Below the pieces are notes generated by a model, which did not search any database, was not told the origin of the DNA, and saw only the letters and a program-made list of their open reading frames with translations. From Candidatus Eiseniibacteriota bacterium (GTDB lineage Bacteria > Eisenbacteria > RBG-16-71-46 > CAIMUX01 > VGJL01), in contig CAWBWI010000006.1 in the NCBI GenBank assembly GCA_963792585.1, positions 96,001 to 160,000 on the forward strand: DNA of 64,000 nt, in the 5' to 3' direction. A program made the position numbers and the translations under genes. Positions 39,829 through 48,500 of this stretch are shown here, piece by piece (positions within the stretch are counted from its first letter, which is position 1; each line of letters begins with the position of its first letter).

Positions 39829-40425
39829 ATGGTCGCGGAACCCGTCGAAATCCTGCCGCTCGTCACCGCCGCGCTCGATCGACTCGGCATCCCGTGGGTG
39901 GTGGGTGGCTCGATCGCCAGTTCTATTCATGGAGAACCCCGGTTGACAAACGATGCGGATCTTGTCGTGGAGATCAGCTTGGAAGGGGTTCGTAAGCTCA
40001 CGGCATCCCTCGTTGACTCATTCTACGTGAGCAAGGAGGCCGCCGAGGAGGCTGTCCGCAATCACTCGAGCTTCAACGTCATCCACACAGAGTCGCTGGT
40101 GAAGATCGATCTGTTCGTCCTTCGGGACGATCCTCTTGACAGGGAGCAGATGCGCACCCGACAGCGCTATCTGATCGATGAGAAAGGCGGACGGGAGATA
40201 TATGTCAGCAGCCCGGAGATCGCGGTCCTGCGGAAGCTCGACTGGTTCCGGCAGGGTGGCGAGATTTCGGACCGTCAGGTGATGGACGCGGCCGCGATCA
40301 TCAAGGTCCAGGGTGACCGACTCGATATGGACTATCTGGGCGGCTGGGCCGATCGCCTTGGGTTACGGCAACTCCTCGAGCGGGCCGTACGGGCTGCGGG
40401 TCGGCAGAGAACCGATCCACACTGA
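39829..40425 (+). CDS. Nucleotidyltransferase toxin (MenT/AbiEii/DUF6036-like)
   Basis: WVVGGSIASSIHGEPRLTNDADLVV, KIDLF, SPEIAVLRKL, SDRQVMD, LDMDYL..WADRLGL. Confidence 0.78.
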   Translation: MVAEPVEILPLVTAALDRLGIPWVVGGSIASSIHGEPRLTNDADLVVEISLEGVRKLTASLVDSFYVSKEAAEEAVRNHSSFNVIHTESLVKIDLFVLRDDPLDREQMRTRQRYLIDEKGGREIYVSSPEIAVLRKLDWFRQGGEISDRQVMDAAAIIKVQGDRLDMDYLGGWADRLGLRQLLERAVRAAGRQRTDPH

Positions 40426-40493
40426 CGGACAGCTGCCTACGGCTCCCCCGCGGGGCGGAGTGGCATCGGCGTGAGGGGAGTTCGGTCTGGCGA

Positions 40494-41657
40494 TCAGACC
40501 GCCGCGGGATACGACCCGAGCAGCAGAACGCGCGTCCCCTGGTCGACGAGGGCCTGCAGCGCGTGGGAGAGCGGGGGGACCTGCGAGTGTCCCTCGACGT
40601 CCACGTAGAACCGATACTCGAACGGCCGGCCCGGGAGCGGGCGGGATTCGAGCTTCACCAGATTGATCCGCTTCTCCCCGAAGATCTCGAGGGCGTGGAT
40701 GAGCGAGCCCGGGCGGTGGGCCAGCTCGAGGATGAGCGAGCTCTTGAGCGGGATGCCGTCGGGGCAGGGTTCGGCCTCGAGCGCGATCTCGACGAATCGG
40801 GTCACATTCTCCGACTCGGTGTTGATGCCGCGTTCGAGAACCGTGAGTCCGTAGAGACGCCCCGCTTCCTCGCTCGCGATCGCGCCGAGGGACAGCTCGC
40901 CGAGATCGCGAACCTTCCGCGCCGCCCCGGCGGTGTCGTACTCCGGCACCGCGTGCGCCTGCGGCATCCGTTCCAGGAACACACGGCACTGGGCGAGCGC
41001 CTGGGGATGCGAGAGGATCGTGCGGAGTCCGTCGAGCGTCGCGCCGGGAAGACCGAGCAAGCAGTGGGATACCTGGCAGAGCGCCTCGCCGACGATCTTC
41101 AGTCCGCCTTCGGCGAGCAGGTCATACGTCTCGTTGATGCTGCCGGCGGTGGTGTTCTCGATAGGGAGAAGGGCGTAGTCGGCCTCTCCGGCGCGCAGAC
41201 GCGCCACCGTCTCACGGAAGCTCGCACAACCGTCGAGGAGAACCCCGCCCCGTCGCCCTGCATGACGGCGCTGCGCCGCGATGTGGCTGTAGGCCCCTTC
41301 GGTCCCCTGGTAGACGACGCGAAGCGGGACCTCGTCGAGATCCCGCACGAAGGCCTGCTGGCGGGCCACCGACATGTCGAGGACGACCCGGTAGATCCGC
41401 TCGATCTCGTGCGGGTCGAGGTGGGCTTCGCGCGCGAGCCGGCGAACGTCATCCAGCAGGTGATCCTCGCGCGCCGGGTCCCGAAACGGCAGGGCCTGGG
41501 TGAGCTTCACACGAGCGATCGTCGCCGCCAGGTCGAGACGCTGCTTGAGCAACGCGAGGATCCCTCGATCGCACTCGGTGATCTCCTCGCGGATCGGACC
41601 GAGTTCGCGCGGCGGGTTCGGATCGGATTCCATGGTAGGCTCCATCTTCTCTTCCAT
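40494..41657 (-). CDS. pheA: Bifunctional chorismate mutase / prephenate dehydratase (P-protein)
   Basis: CM domain (IREEITECD..RDPARED), YQGTEGAYSH, PIENTTAGSI, SHPQALAQC, NVTRF, ACT domain KLESRP. Confidence 0.93.
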   Translation of the reverse strand: MEEKMEPTMESDPNPPRELGPIREEITECDRGILALLKQRLDLAATIARVKLTQALPFRDPAREDHLLDDVRRLAREAHLDPHEIERIYRVVLDMSVARQQAFVRDLDEVPLRVVYQGTEGAYSHIAAQRRHAGRRGGVLLDGCASFRETVARLRAGEADYALLPIENTTAGSINETYDLLAEGGLKIVGEALCQVSHCLLGLPGATLDGLRTILSHPQALAQCRVFLERMPQAHAVPEYDTAGAARKVRDLGELSLGAIASEEAGRLYGLTVLERGINTESENVTRFVEIALEAEPCPDGIPLKSSLILELAHRPGSLIHALEIFGEKRINLVKLESRPLPGRPFEYRFYVDVEGHSQVPPLSHALQALVDQGTRVLLLGSYPAAV

Positions 41658-41695
41658 CGGCCGTTCCCGCCGCGAATCTTACCGGATCGCGCGGA

Positions 41696-42496
41696 TCAGA
41701 GTTCGTAGCGGATTTCCCATGGGATCACCTCGCCCTGAACGAAGTAGCGCCTCCAGATGACCAGTGGACGCTCGCCGGAGGTGATCTGGTGGAGCGGGGC
41801 GGGGCTCACGGAGACGATGCGCGCGCCCGCCGGCAGCAGCACCGAGCGGGTCACGAGACGGTTGTCCGGATAGTCGCCGGCCATCTTGTACCGCCAGGCG
41901 GAGCCTTCCCGAACCGCGTGACTCCATCCGCCGACGATCATGGTCAGGCGCGCCTCTTCTCCGGGCAGGACCGGTCGCGGGAGGTCGACCCAGGCCCGCT
42001 TGCCGGAGATCGAGGGATCATCCTTCGAGTGGACCTCCAACGCGTTGCCGTAGGCGTCGACCACCCGGTAACGGTCGAGTTCATCGACCTCGTGGGCGGC
42101 GATCCCCCAGTCGATCCGCGTGAGGATCTCCGGGCCGTCGTTCACCCGGGTGAAGGTGGAGTGCAGCTCGATCTCGCCTCCCGGCTGGATCGACTCGAAG
42201 GTCTCCTGCGTGCGCGGCACCGCCCCCGTTGGATTCAGGGCCGGAGCGCCGGGGATCTTCCCGTCGATCTTGCGAACCTGGTCCGCGGTGAGAATCAAGC
42301 ACCCGGCGTCGGACTGGAGCAGGTATGTCTCAGGACGCAGGCGCATCAGGGCGCCGGTGACCTCGGCGCCGTTCGTGAGCTCGATCGCGCGCGGGACGCC
42401 GGCCGCTCTCGGGGCGCCTTCGTGAAGGGAAAAGGCGACCGCGAGCACGCCCATCCCGAGCAGGGCACAGACCATGGCGAATCGACGGGCTCTCAT
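41696..42496 (-). CDS. Exported hypothetical protein, coupled to the anti-sigma gene
   Basis: N-terminal hydrophobic signal, beta-rich sequence, 4-bp overlap with the upstream gene. Confidence 0.75.
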   Translation of the reverse strand: MRARRFAMVCALLGMGVLAVAFSLHEGAPRAAGVPRAIELTNGAEVTGALMRLRPETYLLQSDAGCLILTADQVRKIDGKIPGAPALNPTGAVPRTQETFESIQPGGEIELHSTFTRVNDGPEILTRIDWGIAAHEVDELDRYRVVDAYGNALEVHSKDDPSISGKRAWVDLPRPVLPGEEARLTMIVGGWSHAVREGSAWRYKMAGDYPDNRLVTRSVLLPAGARIVSVSPAPLHQITSGERPLVIWRRYFVQGEVIPWEIRYEL

Positions 42497-42978
42497 TGGG
42501 ACTCCTCCCGGGGAAGCTCGCTTCCCCTTCCATCAATCGACTCCAGATGCATCTCCGTCTGGGAGAGCGGGGCCCCTGCCTTGCGGGCGTCGAGTTCCGC
42601 GACCGTCAACGCTTCCAGTGAAGTCGGGTGCGCCGGATAGCGGTCGGTTCGGATCAGGACGGCGAAGACGACGGCGGCCGCGAGGGCGCCTGCCGTGACG
42701 AGGTCGACGGGACGCAGACGCGAGAGGATTCCGAATCGCTCCCGCGACTGCATTCTCTGCCGCCCAGCGCGAAGGATCGCCTGCCGGTCGAGAGGATCCG
42801 AGGCGGGTGCGGGCAGCCCCCGGGCGAGCAGGCGGAGCGCCCCGAGTTGCTCGAGATCCGCGGCGCATCCGGCGCAGTTCCGCAGGTGGTCATCCATCTC
42901 GGCCCGCTCGACACCATCGACCTCCCCGTCGGCGTAGGCGACGAGGCGTTCCTGAATCTCACGGCAGGCGGGTTTCAT
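42493..42978 (-). CDS. Zinc-finger (zf-HC2) membrane anti-sigma factor
   Basis: CREIQERLVAYADGE..HLRNCAGC and a single TM helix. Confidence 0.9.
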   Translation of the reverse strand: MKPACREIQERLVAYADGEVDGVERAEMDDHLRNCAGCAADLEQLGALRLLARGLPAPASDPLDRQAILRAGRQRMQSRERFGILSRLRPVDLVTAGALAAAVVFAVLIRTDRYPAHPTSLEALTVAELDARKAGAPLSQTEMHLESIDGRGSELPREESQ

Positions 42979-43577
42979 CGTGATCTCCCCAACGGCCCCA
43001 GCAACTTGCGTAGCTCGCGGACCGCCGCGTTCTTCCTAGAGGCGACCGTGCCCATCGGGCAGCCGCAGATCTCCGAGATCTCTTTGTAGGAGACCCCTTC
43101 GATCTCGCTCAAGACGAAGACGGTTCGTAGGTCATCGGGCAACAGGCCGATCGCATCGGCCAGCCGCTCACGAAGACGGTTCTGCTGCAGCACCAGATCG
43201 GGAGGAGGCGAATCGCCCGCGGTTCCGTCACCTGCTGCGAGAGGGGTCGGATCGACCCGAGGGTCGATGGGATCCTCACGCCGCCGGCGGCGGTCCGCCT
43301 CGCGCACCGTGTTGCGGACGATCGCGTAGAGATAGGTGGTGAAGGCGGCTTGCGGACGGTAGCGGCGGGCCGCGCCGAGGATCCGGAGAAACGTCTCCTG
43401 GGCGGCGTCCCTCGCCCCGTCCCGATCGGCCGTCATCCTGTAGGCGAATGCGAGCGCCCGCTCGTGGTGCCGCTCGACGAGAAGACCGAAGGCCTCGAGA
43501 TCCCCGCCGGCGACGCGACGCATCAGCTGCTCGTCGGTTGTCGTGTCGGGTTTACGGAGATCCGCAGCCATGCTCAT
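42975..43577 (-). CDS. ECF-family RNA polymerase sigma factor
   Basis: AFGLLVERH, ARDAAQETFL, FTTYLYAIVRN, EGVSYKEISEICGCPMGTVASR. Confidence 0.93.
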   Translation of the reverse strand: MSMAADLRKPDTTTDEQLMRRVAGGDLEAFGLLVERHHERALAFAYRMTADRDGARDAAQETFLRILGAARRYRPQAAFTTYLYAIVRNTVREADRRRRREDPIDPRVDPTPLAAGDGTAGDSPPPDLVLQQNRLRERLADAIGLLPDDLRTVFVLSEIEGVSYKEISEICGCPMGTVASRKNAAVRELRKLLGPLGRSR

Positions 43578-43675
43578 CTTCTGCCTTCCTCCCGACGGTA
43601 GATGCCGGGACGAGGCCGTTTCTTCGGAGGAATCTTCGGGAGAATCCTCGGGGGCTCCTCGGCGGCCGGGAGGTG

Positions 43676-44539
43676 CTATGCCGGTCCCGTCATCTCCTGC
43701 CAGGTCTTCAGGAACAGCTCGATGGAGCCCGGCGCGAAGCCCGCGTAGTGGTTGTTGAAGTAGGCGTAGATGTCTCCGACCCGTCCCGTGAGGCGTTCGA
43801 GCAGGGGGACCCACTCCCGCATCTCCGCTGCACGGTCGACGACCAGCTCATCCCAGTCGCCCGACTTCTCGCCGCTCTCGCGCCTGTTCGCGACCAGTTC
43901 ATCCATAGCATGGTGATCGCCCAGGAAGCGGACGTAGGAGAAATCGGCGGTGATCGGATCGCACATTTCGAACCAGCGAGCCGGACGCGGCATCCGGCAA
44001 TGATCGATCAGCGCCAGAGCGATGTTGCGCGAGCGCAGGAGATCGGTCAGTCCGGGTCCGAGCCACTTGGGATTGCGCACCTCGATGACGTAGCGGTGAT
44101 CCGGGGGCATGTGCGGGAGGAACGCTTCCAGCCTGCGCCGGAACTCATCCCCGGTCTCATATTCGTGCGCGTCGTTGCGCTTCGCCACGTACTGGAATTG
44201 GAAGAGAAGCGGGCCGAGCTTGGGGCCTAACTTTCCCATCGTCTCCAGGAAGTAGCTCCAGTCGTCTTCGCAATCCTTCAGACGCTTCTCGTGGGTGATC
44301 ACCTTCGGAACCTTGGCCGCGAAGACGAAGTCGTCGGGAACCTTGCGCTCCCACGCCGCGACGGTCTTGGGGTTGGGCATGAAGTGCCACGTCGCGTCGA
44401 TCTCGACCGTGCGGAAGGTGCGCGCGTAGTGCGTCAGGAATTCCGAAGGAGAGATCTCGCCGGGGTAGAAGACGCCGTACCAGTCGGCGGAGCTGAAGGA
44501 CGAGGTCCCGATGCGCAACGCGGTGGGAACGCCGCTCAT
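43676..44539 (-). CDS. DUF72 family protein
   Basis: RIGTSSFS..WYGVFYP, TVEIDATW, FAAKVPKVITHE, GPLLFQF, YVRFLG, YFNNHYAGFAP. Confidence 0.93.
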   Translation of the reverse strand: MSGVPTALRIGTSSFSSADWYGVFYPGEISPSEFLTHYARTFRTVEIDATWHFMPNPKTVAAWERKVPDDFVFAAKVPKVITHEKRLKDCEDDWSYFLETMGKLGPKLGPLLFQFQYVAKRNDAHEYETGDEFRRRLEAFLPHMPPDHRYVIEVRNPKWLGPGLTDLLRSRNIALALIDHCRMPRPARWFEMCDPITADFSYVRFLGDHHAMDELVANRRESGEKSGDWDELVVDRAAEMREWVPLLERLTGRVGDIYAYFNNHYAGFAPGSIELFLKTWQEMTGPA

Positions 44540-44561
44540 ATCGAACCTCATCGACATGCTC

Positions 44562-45413
44562 TCAGACCTCCCGCAGCCGGACGTCGTTGAACGATCGCGC
44601 ATCGATCCAGAGGTAGTTTGCCACGAGACGGATCTCGCGCAACTCATCTTCGCCGATCCTGCCGTCCGCCTTCGCGACGGCGAAGAGGCAGCCGAGCAGC
44701 CGGAAGCGCTCATCCATCGTGGCGATTCGATTGAAGGAGGCGCAGAGCCGCTGCCGGTCCATGTCCTCGGCGGCGCGCGCGCGAATCACCGAGAGAATCT
44801 GCCCCGTTTCCACCTCCTCGAGATTGAATCCGGCGGTCAACAGGCTGCGGAGTTGCGAGAGCTCCATTTCGTCGACCCGACCGTCCGCGAAGGCGGTTCG
44901 ATAGAGGATCGCGCCGAAGAGCACCGCCCGTTCGTGCTGCTGGGGCGTGAGTTTCTCGGGGGTTCGCGAGACCCGGATCCGCGATGCGATCTTCTCGAAC
45001 GTCGAACTCGGCGCCGCCGAGGCCGGATGGGCCTTCGCGACGAGCCGGCGCATCCGGGAGAGGAGCGATGGGGCGTCCGGCGTCTCGGACTCCCACGCCC
45101 GCAGGTTCGAGAGGAGCCCCCGCTCCGTTTCGTGGAGTTCCTCGTCGATCTTGAAGAGCCCCTCGAGGCGTCGTAGCAGTTCCTCCCGCTCTCCGGGAGA
45201 TGCGGCGCTCAGGAAATCGCAGGCAAGGCTCTCGGTCTCGGCGACGCCCAGCGGGTTTGCCAGGATTCGTTCGACCTCGGCGATCTCGTCGGTGGTGAGG
45301 CCCAGCTCCCGGGAGGCGCCCGCGATCCACTCGCGCTCCGCGGCCGCGATCTCCCCATCGGCCCATGCCGCCCCAGCCAGGACCTTCGCGAGGGTAAGTT
45401 CTTTGCGAATCAT
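44562..45413 (-). CDS. TerB-family protein (two TerB-like domains)
   Basis: AAWADGEIAAAE, TAFADGRVDEME, AVAKADGRIGEDE. Confidence 0.85.
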   Translation of the reverse strand: MIRKELTLAKVLAGAAWADGEIAAAEREWIAGASRELGLTTDEIAEVERILANPLGVAETESLACDFLSAASPGEREELLRRLEGLFKIDEELHETERGLLSNLRAWESETPDAPSLLSRMRRLVAKAHPASAAPSSTFEKIASRIRVSRTPEKLTPQQHERAVLFGAILYRTAFADGRVDEMELSQLRSLLTAGFNLEEVETGQILSVIRARAAEDMDRQRLCASFNRIATMDERFRLLGCLFAVAKADGRIGEDELREIRLVANYLWIDARSFNDVRLREV

Positions 45414-45570
45414 GTTCACAGGATCAACGCCTCCCGAGCGGGACAATACGGCAAATCTAGGGAGGGAGCGGAGATCTGTCAATCGGACGGCCGCCCAAAG
45501 CGCGAGGATGACAGCCCTCCGGCCCGGCGGTACCCTTCACGCGGTTCGGCGCAACCGACACCCCGGAGGG

Positions 45571-48500
45571 ATGATGAACGATCGTCGACGTCTCCTATTG
45601 CCCTCGATCCTGGTGCTTCTCGGCAGCCTCGTTGCGTTTGCCATCCTCCACGGGGAGACCCCGCGGAAGAGCACGGGCGAACTCGAGGTGCGGATGGTCT
45701 CTCCCCGCGGAGACGTAGGGGCCCTCCACGCGATCGATGTCGTTTTCGGAGAGGCGATGGTGCCGCTCGGCATCCGGGGCAAGGCGAAGGGGACACCCCC
45801 CCTCACGATCGATCCCGAGATCCGGGGCAGCTTCTCCTGGATGGGCTCGAACGCGCTCACGTTCGTGCCCCGCGAGGCAGTCCCCGCCGGTACCCGACTG
45901 GTCTGCCGGATACCCCGCGGGACCCGTTCCCTGGAAGGCAAGAGCACCTCGAGCGACTATGCGTGGGAGATCGTGGTCGGTCGTCCGGAGTTGCTCCGCA
46001 CCGTACCGGAGCGGGGCGGCCTCCACGCCCCCGACGAGCCGATCTACCTCGCCTTCTCCGTCCCGCCATCGGATGCGGCGGCCGACTCCGTCCGCTTGAT
46101 CGGCCTAAGTGGAGCGATCCCCCTCACGCGCGTCGCGCCCGATTCCGAGGCGATCCGTCAGTTGATCCGGCGCCGCGACCGTTCGATGGGCGCGGCGAAC
46201 ATCCTCGCGCTGCAGCCGGGGCGATCGCTGACGCCCGGCGAGGGGTACCGGATCATCGTGGCCCCGGGCATCCCCTTCGAGACGGCGGGGGTCGGCCTCG
46301 CGAAAGCCGATTCGATCTCCTTCGCCGTCATGGGAGACCCGAGCATGAGCTCGGTCGCGGTCCGCGGCGGCGGCTTCGATATCGACTTCGCGGGACCGGT
46401 CGACCCGGACTCGCTGCGCCGTTATCTCTCGATCACGCCGAGCGTGGGATCGATCGAGATCCAGCCATACAGCGGGACATCGATGCGGATCTCCTCCGAC
46501 CGCGTCCGCGCGGGAACGGGCTACGAGCTTCGCCTGCGCGCCGGGATGCCCTCGCTCTTCGGCCTCCGCCTCGCGGCCGATCAACGCATGAACGTCGAGG
46601 TGCCGCACCGCGCGTCGCGGCTACGCATCGTCCCTTCGGACGGCTATGTGCCCGATGTGAAGGGGCTCGCGATCCGGATCGAGGGAACGAACCTCGAGAC
46701 GGTCGAGATTCGCGGTGGGTGGGTGCGCGCCGACAGTCTTCCCGCGCGCCTGACCGGCTACCGTCGAAGTCTTGGCAACGTCCCGCTGGGACGGATCGGC
46801 TTCTGGGCCGAACCGCGAAACACACCCGACAGCGCGCGCGCGCTGCAGATTCCGCTCGAGAGGTTCGGCCCGCGCCCCGCGGGCACGCAGGCGATCCAGA
46901 TCCGCGTCTACGGGCGAGCCCTCTTCCCCGATGAGGAGGGCCGTAAGGCCGATCTGCGCGACGACGGACTCATCCAGATCACCGACTTGGGGATCTCGGC
47001 GATCTCGGGGCGCAACCGGGGGCTTGCGTGGGTCACCCGCCTCTCGACGGCCGAATCGGTGAGCGGTGCGAAGTTGCAGATCCGCGTGCCCGGAATCGCG
47101 AAGCCGCTCTGGACGGGGACAACCGGAACCGACGGCCTGGTCTGGATGCCGTCGCTGCGCGACTTGGAGATCCCCGCGTCACGAACCCCGGTCGTCTCGG
47201 TCGCGACGGGGAAGGAAACGGTCTGGCTCAAGCTCTCCTACTTCCAGGGATCGTGGGCGGGGGCGGCATCCGTGGCCGACACCATCGCGGCATACGGATT
47301 CACCGACCGGCCCCTCTATCGCCCCGGCGAGGCGGTGCGCTGGCTCGTCCTCACGCGGAGCCTGACGCGCGGCGGTCTCGCCGACGCGGGCCGCGCCGCC
47401 ATGAGCTATCAGATCCATGCGCCCGACGGACGAACGGTCGACCGGGGAACGATCGCCCTCGAATCCCCCGGCCAAGGGAGCGGCAGCTACACGATCCCCG
47501 CCGGGGCGCCCCTCGGTTCGCACGACATCACGTTCTATCCGACACGGGATGCGAGCGGCCGAGCCTGCGGAAGCGCCTATTTCCGGGTCGAGGAGTATCG
47601 GCTGCCGCGCTTCGAGGCGCGACTCCAGGCGCCGGACCGCCCGGTCGCATCCGGCTCCAGAGCGGAGATCACCGGCCGTTTCGCGTACCTCAACGGCGGC
47701 CCGCTCGCGGGCGCCCCCGTCCGCTGGACGATCACGCGGGCACCGGATTGGGAGACGCCGAGGGAGTTCGCCGGCTACCTCTTCTTCGACCCGCGGGCGA
47801 GAAGCGATTTCGAGGAGGAATCGTACGGGATGACCCGCGTGGCGGCGGGCGAGGCGCTCCTCGACGCAGAAGGCCGCCTCCGCCTCCCGGTCACCCCCGA
47901 TCTGAGCGGACTCGGGCAAGACCAGACCTACTATGTCGAAATCGGCGCGCGGGACCTTGCCGATCGCTCCGCATACGATGTGGTCACCTTTCCCGTCGCC
48001 CGCGCGAACATCCGCGTCGGCGCGCGCGTCGCGCTCGAGCCGCGAGCCAAGGACCGCGCCGTCGAGATCTCGGCCGTATGCCTCGACTCCACCAACCATG
48101 CGCGGGCAGGGGTTCCGCTGCGGTGGACGATCGAGAAGCGGCTCTGGAAGACGGTGCGGGTTCGCCGCATCGGGGGCGTCTTCGGCTACGAGAACGTGCC
48201 GATGGACAGCGTGGCCGCGACCGGCGTGGCGCCCTCGGGCCCCGCGCCGATTAAGTTCCGCTGGGTCCCGCCCGGTCCCGGCAACTACTCGATCCTGGTC
48301 GAAGCGACCGACGACGCCGGGCGCACCACGCGCGGTCGCGACGAGGTCTGGGTCCCCGGAGCCGAGACCGGTTCCTGGTATCGGGACGATCAGGCCTGGC
48401 TCGAACTGAAGCCGGATCGCGACAACTACGCTCCCTCGGACACCGCGCGCATCCTCCTGCCTGCCCCGGCGATCCGGACCGACGGTCTCGTGCTCCTGCT

